A stretch of 62,965 nt of DNA, counting the filler, from Reticulomyxa filosa (Eukaryota; Protista; Foraminifera), in the NCBI GenBank assembly GCA_000512085.1. It is 24 parts of 24 records of this genome, joined end to end, with 100 filler letters (N's around TTAATTAATTAA, not from the genome) between each part and the next. Parts side by side here need not be neighbours in the genome. Positions count along the whole stretch, not along the records: positions 1 to 4,550 come from ASPP01024242.1; positions 4,651 to 6,064 come from ASPP01022321.1; positions 6,165 to 8,018 come from ASPP01003996.1; positions 8,119 to 9,707 come from ASPP01015645.1; positions 9,808 to 11,407 come from ASPP01000173.1; positions 11,508 to 16,232 come from ASPP01013039.1; 18 more parts are not named here. One strand, 5' to 3'. The translations under genes and the position numbers were made by a program. Positions 1 to 12,420 of the stretch are shown piece after piece (the first letter of the stretch is position 1; the number at the start of each line of letters is the position of its first letter). Below the pieces are notes generated by a model. That model was not told the origin of the DNA. It was given only the letters and a program-made list of their open reading frames with translations, and ran no database searches.

Positions 1-36
<36 letters not shown>

Positions 37-39
<3 letters not shown>

Positions 40-677
40 GAAACGTGAGATTCGTGCTCTTCTTCTGCATCCAACAATTTCTTGAACATTTTGTTGTGTA
101 AGGCCACAATGGAACCTCGGTGGGTCACCTTTGAGTAACGCAACTTTTGTTTCGCTGTTTGGAGCTCTTGGCGCAATTCGCGATTTTGATTTGCATATGC
201 GTCCAAATAAGGAACCAGTTGTGAGGTCTTTTATGGAGACATTGGTCATATTCATTATATTAATATACACACACGCACATATATACATATATATATATAT
301 GTATATATGTATTCACATATATTTTTATATATTTATGTATGTCTTCTTATTTCATAGGCAAATTTGTTTAACCAAAAACTCGCCGATATCAAATCAATAT
401 AAAAACAAATACAATTAAAATTGATTACTGATGTGTAAGGATTATCCAATAGAGAACGCCATGTCTCATCGACCACACTGATCTCAACATCATCGTTTTT
501 CGCTTGATTGGGACCATCGTTTCCCAAGTCTATATCTGATCCATCCTCATCCGCCGAGTTTGGCCCAGAGTTGTTTGTGTCGTCAGGTGCTCTATTACCG
601 GTTCCCGAATCCGCCCACTCAGACGAGTCCTTTTGTGCATCTGCGTCCAAGGGCGAGAAACCCCTATGCCCTGTCAT
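37..677 (-). CDS. Hypothetical protein with acidic N-terminus and coiled-coil exon (3' partial)
   Basis: ORF 333-677 has a D/S/N-rich N-terminus. A probable downstream exon at about 37-228 reads TSQLVPYLDAYANQNRELRQELQTAKQKLRYSK after an AAAG acceptor. Confidence 0.4.
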
Positions 678-1557
678 CTTTTTCTACCTTGTGGGAAGAT
701 TTGAACACAAATAACGATTTTTGGAATTGATTCTAGATCAATCCAACCGTGTTTTTTTTCACAGTAAATCCCTCGATTTTTACACTTTTTAAACGCCAAC
801 TTCTGCTTGTTTTGTGTTTCGTCAAACATTAGGCTGCAAGCATTAAAACTTGTGCTGATTTCAAAAATTGGATTAATTTGAAACTTCAAACTAAACAAAG
901 GATGGATGTGTGTTGTTCAATTGAATATTGCAGACAAATCAATGACACTATCGAATATATTGACGAAGAAATTTTGTCTTGTAGACGATCAGTTTATTGA
1001 CAAAAGGGCGCAGTTTATCATCATCTAGGAGTAATTGATAGTTTCTAAATTAAACATCCAGCAATTTGATAAATAGTATCTTATACGCTATATTCACAAG
1101 ATTGTATATTTACATTTTAAAAATCAAAAAGTTGGCAACAATTAATCGTTGAAGATAGTCTGTCTTGAAATATGTTATATGACAAAATTATTAAAACAAT
1201 TTTTTTATACGTCTGCAAGTAAAAAATTATTTAATTCCAAAATAGTTACATTTAAACAAAACGCGTTAATCCAAAGATAGTTCACATTGCAATCATATTT
1301 ACGTTTAATATATTAAATTCTTTTGTTAGTAGCTTTCCTCTGACCATTCCCAGTATTTAAGCACGTAATAGTGTTGAAAGAAAAGACATCATAGCCAAAA
1401 CAAGTAAATGTATATAATTTTATAACAATTGATCCTGTGTCTCTTGAAATGGAAAAAAAAAAGCAGTACAGTTCCAGTTTTAGACTTGAAGTCGTGTATA
1501 GAAAAAAGGTACTTCAATTTCCTTTGAATAGTAAGACTCGTGAGAAATATCCTGCAG

Positions 1558-2660
1558 ATGTCAATACCATTACCAACATTTAACCCAGGGTATGCAATAA
1601 TAATCGTCTTGGTCTTTTGTGGCGTAGTGGCGTGGTTAAAACCCAAAAAAGACGGGTATTTTCCCCTTCGATGGGATGACTACAACAAGCATTTACAGCA
1701 AACACGTGGGACTATTGCTATGATCGACTACACCTTTGGTATTTACGATTTACATTTTATTACTTGTCAGCTTACGTCTCTCCAGCGTTATTTGTGATCG
1801 ACTGTGTGTTAATGGCTGCAGTTGCAGTGGTAAGACTAAACTCTAACTTCGACGACCGAGTAGGGCGGGTATATACTGAATTTCAAAGTGACTGTGGAAA
1901 GAACTATGCCGACTTAAAAGACGTGATGAACGGGCTCAATGATTGGTCATTGCAGTTGACTTGGTGCATAATTGTTTAATTTTTTATGGTATGCCAGGTT
2001 CTGTCCTGCTTTGTACCCCTTTTTTTTTTTTTTTTTTTTTGCACGAATGACCTCCCAAGATTTTTTTGTTGAATCCTGTTTTTCCGTCCCGGCTTTCGTT
2101 CCCCCTTTCTCTCTTTCTTTTTTCTCCGATCTTGATTTGTTTTTTGAAATGTACAGAAATTGTTTAATACGACCATATTTATCAATGGAGGCACCAATGC
2201 ACTCATGGTTACATTGGCATTGGACGTATGGCTGTTGATCTCGGCGATCTGGTCGTCGGTTTTATATTCCACGTTAGCTGATCTTGCTTCTGGTGACAAT
2301 ACCTTTTCAAAGTGTTATAACAAAGCTCTTCAATCCTCCAAGGACTTTGATCACATTTTGTTTTCTTTGAACAAGATCAATGTGTGTTTGTGGGTGATGG
2401 TGTGTCTGGCGCTGCCCTTTACATATTGTGTTGACCTCATCGTGCAATCCCTCAAGGAATGTTACTACTGCTTTGAGCAAGAAGATACCAAAGAACACGA
2501 ACATATTCACAATGACACTCCAAACAAAGAAACTTCTGTCACCGAAGAACACCAAGAAAAACCCCAGGAAAAAGGTGTTGTGTCCGTAAATGACGTACCC
2601 ATCAATAATGAGGCCGTTGAAGTAGTATCAACAAAACCCCAAGGAACATGGGCAGAATAG
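1558..2660 (+). CDS. Multi-pass membrane protein of unknown function, at least 3 exons
   Basis: A 32-nt GT-AG intron at 1739-1770 joins ORF 1540 to ORF 1764 in frame (..DYTF/AYVSPALF..). The last exon is ORF 2160-2660. Several hydrophobic segments and an acidic tail. Confidence 0.6.
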
Positions 2661-2950
2661 AATTTTTTTTTTTTTTTTTTACAAAAACAATTTCAAACTT
2701 CTAAAAAATCGTTTTGGTGTTGTTTTTGTCCTTGTACTATTTGAGAAAGGGAAAAAAAATGAAGAGCATTTGATCTTCTTCTGAGGCATATTTTGTCAAA
2801 AGAAATTCTCAATTAATTGTTCAAAAAACGCATTGCATCATTTGTGTTTCACTTAAATTGAAAATTTTAACGAGAAAAAGTGCTATACTTTCACTCTTAA
2901 AAAAAAAGCCACAAGAAATAATTTTGTTGTTGTTATGTCTCGACCACTTT

Positions 2951-4399
2951 TCAAAGAATTTTGATAGCGCTGTAAATTTTGTGCACAAATGTAAATGTGG
3001 AGACAAATCCAATAGTTCCAGAAACGATAAAAAATGCGAGCGAAATTAAGAACATGTAGCCAAAGTACAATAAAGACGAGACGAAAGGGGCAATATCCAA
3101 TTTCGTGTAGAAATATAGTATTGAATACAAAAACAGATATAATGCAGCGCTTCCAGCAGTGAGCACACTTCTCCACCACCATTGCCAATCCTCGGCACAC
3201 AATTGGAAATAAGTCATCACAATGGTAATTTCGGCGCTGGTGAGGATCAAGATAACGAAGACCAACAACAAAAATCCAAACATGTAGTAATAACGATGCA
3301 ACCAAACACTTGACATTATAAAAAATACTTCAATGAATACTGCTCCAAAAGGTAGCACACCACCAACCAATATTGCAAAGTATTTTTGCATATACCATGG
3401 TTGTGGAGGGATCATGCGTGCAATTTCATTTGTCTAGCCATCAACAAAAGAGTTGCAAGTTGTTTTTTTTTTTTTAAAAAAAAAAACAAACAAATATAGT
3501 CCCTAAGAGTTTATTTAACTGGACATGGCAACTTTGGTGGATCTTTTTTATAGCCATAATAGGCACCCAAATATACCAAAGGCACAGAGATGCCAAACCA
3601 CAACAAGAGCAATAAGAACATAGTTCCGAATGGAACAGCTCCAGTGGAGCCTTCATGCCATATGAACAAGTTTAAAATGAAGAACACTGCAAAATTAACT
3701 CCTGGAAACAAAAACGCTGTTTGGAGTGTTTGTTTTTGCCAATCTGTTTCCGCAAACATTTTGTAAACACGGGCACTATAATAACCGGCCAATATTCCCA
3801 GTGTCACGTACAAAATTAATAATGTAGTCATCAAAGAGCCTCGGCTCGCAGGGGACAAGAATCCCAACGCAGCAAAGATTATTGTCAGAAATGACATGGC
3901 GATGACCTTTTTTTTTTGTAAAGGCGTAATTTACTATATATATATATTTTTTTTTTTTTTGTTTGTTTGTTTTTGTTTACAGTTACATACTTGTGCACCA
4001 CTTCCCACGAGTGTCGCAAACAATGATGGATATTCAGGAGTTCGGAATACATCTCCATGTACTAACTTCCAGCCATGTTCTTCGATTTGAGCTTCAAGTT
4101 CTTCTGGGTCTGCATTGTAGCTAATTCAAACAGACATACATTTAATTTTTTTTCTTGTAACTCCATCTTCTTCTTCTAACAATACCGACTTTGTTACATC
4201 GCAAAGAGAAAAAAAAAAAAAAAGAACCACAGACATACCGCCTCAAGTCTTTGTGCAGGGCACGCATTAAAATCATTGCAACCATTGCTGACAAGAAAAT
4301 GACAATCATAAACGAATTTAAAATGGAAAACCAGTGGATTTGAGGATCTTGCATTTTCAAATATGCGTCCCAACGACTTGCCCATTGTACATCAGATTC
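2951..4399 (-). CDS. Transmembrane 9 superfamily (nonaspanin/EMP70) protein, C-terminal 4 exons
   Basis: Family motifs [62 protein letters not shown] and [11 protein letters not shown] across GT-AG introns. Confidence 0.95.
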
Positions 4400-4508
4400 C
4401 TGTTTGAATATATTTGAATGTTTCAAGATAATTTGGATTGTTTTACTTTTGTTTGTTTTGATTTTTTATTTTTTATTTTTTTTGGTTGTAATACCCGCAT
4501 ACATCTTA

Positions 4509-4550
4509 TCCCCCCCCCCCCCCCCCCCCCCCCCCTCCCCCCCCCCCCCC
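4509..4550 (+). repeat. Poly-C tract at contig end, within a TM9 intron
   Basis: About 40 nearly uninterrupted C residues. Confidence 0.85.
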
Positions 4551-4650
4551 NNNNNNNNNNNNNNNNNNNNNNNNNNNNNNNNNNNNNNNNNNNNTTAATT
4601 AATTAANNNNNNNNNNNNNNNNNNNNNNNNNNNNNNNNNNNNNNNNNNNN
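4551..4650. other. Artificial contig spacer (N44-TTAATTAATTAA-N44), first of 23
   Basis: Identical 100-bp linker with stops in all six frames, starting at about 4551, 6065, 8019, 9708, 11408, 16233, 19880, 21476, 28157, 31976, 33505, 35938, 37065, 41492, 43230, 45031, 47019, 51463, 52619, 54264, 55951, 57121 and 61866. Confidence 0.98.
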
Positions 4651-5391
4651 CTTTTCATTCTCTTTCCAAGGTGAAAAGGATATTTAATATTTTTTTTTTT
4701 TTTAATGTGTTTTGGAAAAAGAAAAAAAAAAAGAAGACAAAAGCAAAAAGAAATAGTTTGTTTCAGGCGGCGCCAATGGGCGCCGCCTGAATTAAACTTT
4801 TTCTTTTTCGCTTTTTCCTTCTTTTTTTTTTTAATATTGAAGCTTTAGCCCTTAACAAAAATATATTTTGTAATTTGAAATTTAATTTGCCTGTATTTTT
4901 TTTTGTGGCAATGTTCACTTTTAGAAGCAGTACATAGCATTGTGGTGTTAAAAGAAGAAGTGTAATTTTTGCATCACACTTTTTATTTTGTTTATCCTTT
5001 TTTTTAAGTGTTACTGGTTGTTGAAATAGAGCTAAACAATTTTAAGTTGATTTTATTGTCATTATTTGTATTGTTTTGATTTACATTTGTTCAGCTGCCA
5101 TATTTTTAATTTATTATTTGGAGCTTTTTTAAATTTTTTATTTACTGTTGTTAATTTTGATTTGCAATTTGAAGCATAACTCTTTTCATTACCAACTCAA
5201 AGTAATATTGTTTTATTGGAATTGTTTTTTTTGCGGTGTCCAAGATTTTTTTCTATTCGTCTTTGATTTCTTTTTTGTTAGACATTAATATAAATAATAT
5301 AAGTGTATGTGAATTGGCATTTTGTTGTTTAGAAAATTACACAACTATATTGCATTTTTTTAAAAAATTTGATTTATTTGTGTGAATTTTG

Positions 5392-6064
5392 TCATTCCCA
5401 AATTCGAATTGTACAATCTGCAGAACCTGATGCAATTGTATTTCCATTTTGAGATAAATCAATACATCTCACAGCTTGAGCATGTCCTTTCAACACATGT
5501 ATTTCCTTTCCTGATTTTACCTTCCATATTCGAATTGTATTATCACTTGAACATGATATAATCGATTTACATTGGGAAAATATTTTACATCATTCACATT
5601 GTTTGAATGCCCTTTCAATGTTTTCCATAGTTTTCCTGTTTCAATATTCCATATTTGAATTGTATTATCTGATGAACAAGAAACAATAAAATTATTATCT
5701 GGAGAAAATTTTGCACGTATTACACAATCAAAATGTCCTTCGAATTTTTTCAATCTTTTGCCACATTCTGTATTCCACAGATTGATTGTTTTATCATTTG
5801 ATGATGATAAAATCATTTTACCATCTGATGAGAATTGTGTACTAAATACAGCCTTTGAATGTCCTAATAATTGTTTTATCTCTATTCCAGGATGTACATC
5901 CCATAATCGTATTGTATTATCTTGCAAACATGATACAATATATTTTCCATCTGGAGAAAAGTTAACATCACATATTCTATTGGAATTACGTTTAAATTTA
6001 TTTACTTCTCTTCCTGTATTAATGTCCCATAATCGAATTGTTCCATCACCTGAACATGAAACAA
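5392..6064 (-). CDS. WD40-repeat protein C-terminus with a 1-nt frameshift near 5570
   Basis: Repeats of GH..V....FSPD...IVSCSSDNTIRLWD. After FPN the repeat resumes in another frame (KSIISCSSDNTIRIWKVKSGKEIHVLKGH...TIRIWE*). Confidence 0.9.
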
Positions 6065-6953
6065 NNNNNNNNNNNNNNNNNNNNNNNNNNNNNNNNNNNN
6101 NNNNNNNNTTAATTAATTAANNNNNNNNNNNNNNNNNNNNNNNNNNNNNNNNNNNNNNNNNNNNGAAAAACATTTGTGTTTACCCAAAAGTTTCTTACTC
6201 TTTTGACGACTCATGGTGTAAACTGCTGTCGAACAAAAACAAAGCAGCGACAAAGGAACTATACGTTTTTTTGCTATTGTCAAAATCACAAGCAGAGGTA
6301 GCTCGGTCCAACAAGAAGTCTTGCAAAAAGCTATTACTGCTCCTGATATTTCCAATGAGAAGAGAGAACAAGTTTGATTTTTTTCATTTTGTCTTGTTTA
6401 TTATACAAAAATATTAATAAAAAAAACTTGGATTGTTCTTGCTGTAGTAGTTTCACTTTGTTATACAGCGAACTAGTTTGAAATTAAAAATATTGAAATT
6501 TTTTTTTCCAAACAACTAATGTAAACACACCAATTCGATATTATTGGCTTTTTTTTTATTTAAAATGTTATCTCTGACTGGTTACCCAAAGTAATTCCAG
6601 ATTTTTTTTAGTGACAGCTTTTTCAAAAAAATGTTTCTATTTTTAAATTAATAAAAACAGAAAAATTTCATTTTTAAAAAATTTTTTACTAAATTCAACT
6701 TTCGTAAATCTCATTACTTTTTATTTCTATCTTTGTGTTTGGATGTAAAGTGTGCACTTGATGCAAGATAAAACGAATGACACGGCTAATTTTTTTCATC
6801 AAATAATTGTGTGCAGCCATGACTATGTTATTGCCAATAAATGGCGTCTTTTTTGTTTTATAACTGTCTTCAGGAAAAATCCCAACGACGCCGGCGCGAC
6901 CATGGAGCAGTGTGGCACTTGAAGTGGTGTGCAAGCCAGAGTGACTGCACGAT

Positions 6954-7793
6954 ATGATTTATGTGTGCAACGACAAGGTGGTTGACGAAACGGACACACT
7001 GGAGGCCATCGGTACAAATGATAGCAGCGCGCCATTGATTTTGATATCACGTTTATCCAACTCACCCAACGCCGTACAAAAGACAAATGGCATGGGCAAT
7101 GACAATACGAACAATGACGACCACGCCGGCACCCATCACCGAGCGACGATGAGTGGAGGTGGTCAAGGTTTCTTTAAATCGACATTCTCGAGAAAGTGGT
7201 CCACATCTATTTTCGCCAATAACAAACCAGAGTCTAATCATACTCGTAGTCAGTCATTGAGCAAAGATATTTCGTTACAATCTGATTCAGTAAGAACACA
7301 AATGCAAAGAAATAGATTATATACATATATGTACGTATATGTACATATATGTATATGTGTGTACATACATTAAAAAAAAAAGATCTTGTCACCAAAAACT
7401 GTATCCGAACCTATGCTGAAGACTCAAAAGAGCAATGGCGACTTGTTTGACATATCCAAAGATGTGCTAGGCCAACTGAAAAAACACAGCCGCACAGAAA
7501 GCAGCGAGCGACTAACCGTGGACCCCGTGGGCGACGTATCTCCGCAAAAACGACGAAGCGAGAGTGTGGTGCAAAAAATGGAACGCTTAGGCTTTGGAGT
7601 GCGTGCGAGTCAAAGCACCAATGTACTTTCGCTCCCAGCGGGTCAAGACAAAAAGTGCATGGACGTCTTGCTACACTGTGCCCAACAATTCGACTCGCCT
7701 GTCGCCCAAGTCTCGATCGAGCGTCTTGTCCATGATATTTCCGATGCGGTCATGACTTTTCCACTCTTCAAAATGTGGTACCCTTTTTTGTAG
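6954..7793 (+). CDS. Ser-rich hypothetical protein, internal exons
   Basis: Two GC-richer ORFs (6954-7373 and 7386-7793) separated by an AT-dinucleotide-rich intron-like tract. No recognisable domain. Confidence 0.45.
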
Positions 7794-8174
7794 GAATCAG
7801 AAGAAAGAAAGGAAAGAGTGAGAAAAAAAAAAAGACGCTTTTTTAAAATTATATTTGATTCCCAAAAAAAAAAATTTATATTATGTTGAAACTATCTCCC
7901 ATAAACTGGTTGTGATGATCTTCATTTGTATTATCTTTGGACGACTCTCTGATGATTGATATTGAATAATGAGAGTAAATCAAATATTATTATTATTATT
8001 ATTATTTTGTAATGTTTCNNNNNNNNNNNNNNNNNNNNNNNNNNNNNNNNNNNNNNNNNNNNTTAATTAATTAANNNNNNNNNNNNNNNNNNNNNNNNNN
8101 NNNNNNNNNNNNNNNNNNAGTTAAGATAAAAAAAAAAAACCTTTGCAACCAAGTTTAAAAAAAAAACAACCAAC

Positions 8175-8723
8175 TGAACGAGCCCATGCTGTCAGAGTCA
8201 TGCGAATCGAACACTGCTCGCAAAGTTTCAATGTCACTTGCCGACAAGGTGTCTTTGGAATCGCTGATGCCATATCTACTGGATATTGTCATCGTCACCA
8301 TGTTATTCAATCGACTGTTTTCTTCTTTTAGCACTCGGATTTGGTCTTGCTGACTTAGCGCTTCAAACGTCGGGTTCCCGACATTCGGCAATGTGTGGTG
8401 TCTCACCAAACGACCAATGGCCAATGAATTGTCTGCAAAGGCATCTCTTCCTCCCCTTGGAGTGTAGTCACTGTCCAACTCGTCGCCTGATAACTTCTTG
8501 TGCACGTGATGCGATTGAAACTTTTTCGTTTGTCCACGCTAGCACGGGTCCCCTGCCAATTACGTCCGTTTTTCGGCTCTGTCGTTTCGCTGGGTGCTGT
8601 GTTCTTTCTATTCTGTAAGTGAATCAAAATTCCAAACGCTCCGAACCCTATTCCGGCACCAATAAAGGCGCCCAGAAGTACAAGTTCTCTGCTCGTTAAT
8701 TGAATATTGTAAGTGTTGGACAT
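8175..8723 (-). CDS. Signal-anchor membrane protein with short coiled coil and EF-hand-like segment (3' partial; frameshift near 8522)
   Basis: N-terminal hydrophobic helix LVLLGAFIGAGIGFGAFGILIHL. One extra A in the A5 run joins it to ORF 8155-8505, which ends DIETLRAVFDSHDSDSMG. Confidence 0.55.
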
Positions 8724-9120
8724 GGCATAAAAGGCTACAAACAAACTTAAAAAAAAAAAAACGACAAAAAAAGAACCCAACACTATAAATTAAGAAAGTT
8801 GAAAGCAGACGATATTAAAGAACGTTAAAGACAAAAAGTAGTAATGAAAGTTTCAATTATGCTGTGCCCTGTTTTGATCATTTACAAATACAAAAATGGT
8901 GCTGAAATAAATCTGAAGCAACTTATTTCACACAATTCGTTTTCTTTTTGACGCTGATACAAATTCTACAATTATTGACATATTCTTTTTTTTCTTGAGT
9001 AAATCGTGCTTGTCTCTCCAAGTTAATTTTCCTTTTTTTTTTTTTTTCCCACCAACTGTTTCGATTTTTATTTTTATTGTTTTTTTTTTTTTTTAAAAAA
9101 AGCTTTCTCTAAAAATCCGA

Positions 9121-9597
9121 ATGTATTCAACGAATTTCCATACGTTAAATCCTGTACTTCAAAGTAGTAGTCAAGGTTTCGTGCACACCATCTTGCCCAA
9201 CACGAACACACTTTGTTCTTCGCTCTTTTCTCCTTACGACCGCAGCACGTATATGCCGAGCACAGTCCCGGTACGTTTTTATGTGACCTCGCTGCCCCTT
9301 TCTTCGAGCCCGGTGGATGTGTCGAGCATATTTGTAAGTGGGAATGAAAAGAGTGTGCCGGTCACAGTTCCAGTGGCAAGCAACGAATTGGACGACAAGC
9401 GAGGGCAGTGTATCCAAGATTTTGAGTTGAAGTGTCAAGAAATAAAAAAGTCGTTGGCGCAGGCATGCAAAGTCTATGTTCCAGAAAGCTTGAGTTGTAC
9501 CAACAAGAAATGGAAGACCTTCAACAAAAGTTCAAACTTTTGGTCGGTGATCATGTACCAACACAGAATTGTACCTATCCTCCAGTTGTTATGCCGT
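9121..9597 (+). CDS. Hypothetical protein, first exon, divergent from the gene at 8723
   Basis: ATG-initiated ORF running into a poly-T intron-like tract. Confidence 0.45.
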
Positions 9598-9663
9598 TAC
9601 GTATTTTTTTTTTTTTTTTTTTTTTTTAAATTCTTCCTCCCTTTTTAAGCCAGGAACCCCCCT

Positions 9664-9700
<37 letters not shown>

Positions 9701-10976
9701 TTTTTTTNNNNNNNNNNNNNNNNNNNNNNNNNNNNNNNNNNNNNNNNNNNNTTAATTAATTAANNNNNNNNNNNNNNNNNNNNNNNNNNNNNNNNNNNNN
9801 NNNNNNNTTATTATATGTTGATTTAATCAACCCTTTTTTTTTCTTCCAAATCAAAAACAGAAGGATAAATTAATATCCAATTTAGAAATTGTTTGCAAGT
9901 AGCCATTTTTTTCTTAAATTAAATATATTGAAAAAAAAAGCTCATATTGATGCAATAATCAAATTATCTTTGAATTCAATTCACTTTTATGTTAAAAAAA
10001 TTGTAGAAATTTTTAATTAAAAATATTTTGATTTGAATAAGTTATCAAATACGAGATTAAATTATATTTTTCTTGCAAAAAGTATTTATATACATTCAGA
10101 TTATGTTGATTATTTGATTATAATTGATACAAAACGCAATTGTAAACTATTACCAATTATCCTTGTAACTGCTTCTCTTTTACGTTTAAATTATTGTTTT
10201 GAAAAAAATAACAGAGATATTCAAATTAATTATTCATGAATATTTCCTTTAGGATTCTTTGAAAGATTTTCCAAAAATATTTATTGTCGTGGTGAAAATA
10301 TTCCAACAGCAGAGGAATAAATAATAATTTTTGTTTGATTTGCTATAAAAAATAGAATGAATAATATTTATAATTCACTTACATGTCCATCTGATTGCAA
10401 TCAAAAATCTATAAAAATTAACATTGTTGTATCTTCTTGTTTTCTTTATTTTTTCAATATCAACATGACATCAGCACATAATGTATTTCTTAAAATATTT
10501 AAATAAAATTACATAAATAACTTTTCCTTTGGATTGAATTTACAAAGTTGATCATAAACAAATTTTTTTGTTGTAAAAAAGACAGATGTCTATTTTTAAT
10601 CAAATATTAAAAAATGAATTGAAATTGCTAATATTAAAGGAATAATTATAAATATGAACGCTATTTATTTCATTCACAAATATCTTCTGGAAAGTATTTC
10701 TGATTATACAGATTTAATAAAAAAACTCAGTCATAAAGAAATATAAATTTCTTTTCTTGATCTTCTGAGTTATTATGTTATTCGTTGCAATATCTTTTTG
10801 AAAATATACCCTATCAGAAAGAAAAGTTTTTGGAAGTTTACAAAAACAAATACTATTTTTTTTCAAAAAAACATAAAAATGAAAAGTGTTTTAAAAAAAC
10901 TGGAGTTAACAAAGAACTTTAAAGTTTTTTTGTTCAGAATAATTAATAACTAATAATTACGAACTAAAAAAAAAGA

Positions 10977-11407
10977 ATGCCTTACAAGGCTTTTATTTAT
11001 CTTGAAAAAGAAATGCATAAAGTGACACTTGCTTTCCTGAGATTAAAAAGATTGAAAGAAAAAGTGACAGAGATTATTAGTACAACTAACAGTAAAGCAA
11101 GAGACTATATACCCCATTTTAAAATTGCTGATAATAATGGCCAGTACATTACCAGTAACAGAGAATTAAGAATTGCATTCAAAACGAAACCTGTTCTTTT
11201 TTTCATTCATTTTATTCAAAGTTTTGTTTTTTTTTTTTTTTTTTAATTATTTATTTATTTGTTGATATTGATAAAACAGACAACAACGACGATGAAAAGG
11301 AATATCCAGAAAATGAAAAAAAAGAAAATAAATTCCACAATATTGTGAAATATAAAAATCTAAATACTGAAATTGATAAAGATGTTTCATGGAATGAAGC
11401 AAATAAA
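10977..11407 (+). CDS. 5' end of a PB1-like/TPR family gene, paralog of 23033-24867
   Basis: Exon 1 MPYKAFIYLEKEMHKVTL..FKIADNNGQYITSNRELRIAFKTKPV closely matches 24562-24867. Exon 2 (..EIDKDVSWNEANK) also matches. Confidence 0.85.
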
Positions 11408-11507
11408 NNNNNNNNNNNNNNNNNNNNNNNNNNNNNNNNNNNNNNNNNNNNTTAATTAATTAANNNNNNNNNNNNNNNNNNNNNNNNNNNNNNNNNNNNN
11501 NNNNNNN

Positions 11508-12420
11508 TTACTTTGGATGCATCGGTTACTAGGAGTGTATCAGATGCTTCACATGTCTCAGGCGCTTTAGAGGTCCCAAGCACGTTGGGTGTATCGGGTA
11601 CGTTGAGTATATCAAATATGTTGGGTGTTTTGAGCACACTGGGTATATCGAGCACACTGGGTATATCGAGCACACTGGATGTATCGATCGAGTTGGGTCC
11701 TTCGGTTTTTTTAGGTGTTTCAGCTGCTTTAAGTACATCATTTGCTTTTGGAGTACTAGATACTTTAGATTCCTCAGGTGCTTTTGGTGTATTAGGTGCT
11801 TCACATACTTTAGTTGATTTTGATGTATCGGGCGTTTTGGGCGGATCGAGTACTTCGGATGCTTTTGGTGTTTCGGATGTTTAGGTATATCAAGTGCTTT
11901 AGGTGTATTCGGTGCTTTAGGTGTATCGATTGCATTGGCTGTATTGATTACATTGGTTGTATCGGACGCTTTGGGTGTATCGAATATTTTAGGTATATCA
12001 ACTGCTTTGGATGTATCAACTGCTTTGGGTGTATCAACTGCTTTGGATGTATCGGACGCTTTGGGTGTATCAACTGCTTTAGGCATACCAGATATTTCAG
12101 ATATTCCAACTGTTTTGGGCGTATTAATTGCTTTAGGCATGTCAGATACATCAAATGTCCCAGGCGTGTCAGATGCATTGAGCACTGGAAGTGTATCAAG
12201 TGGTTCACGTTTGTCATTCACTTCAGGTACCTCGGATACTCTAGGTGTATCAGGCGCTTTATATATATCGAGTACGTTGGACGTATCAGGTACTTTGGAT
12301 ATATCGGGTTCTTTAGGTGTATCAAGTACATTAGGTGTATCGATCACATTGGATATATTGTGTATGTTGGATTGATCGGTTACATTGAATTCATTGGACG
12401 TATTTGATGTATCGGGAACA
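11508..12420 (-). repeat. Degenerate 18-bp (2 x 9-bp) coding tandem repeat
   Basis: Plus-strand unit resembles GTATCAACTGCTTTGGGT and encodes DTPKAV, DTSKAV or DIPSVL on the minus strand. Confidence 0.9.

Noticed and set aside
11513-12407. Long plus-strand ORFs (Cys/Ile-rich and Val/Ser-rich) over the repeat
   Set aside because: Antisense shadows of the 9/18-bp coding repeat; the minus frame is continuous with the coiled-coil exons.
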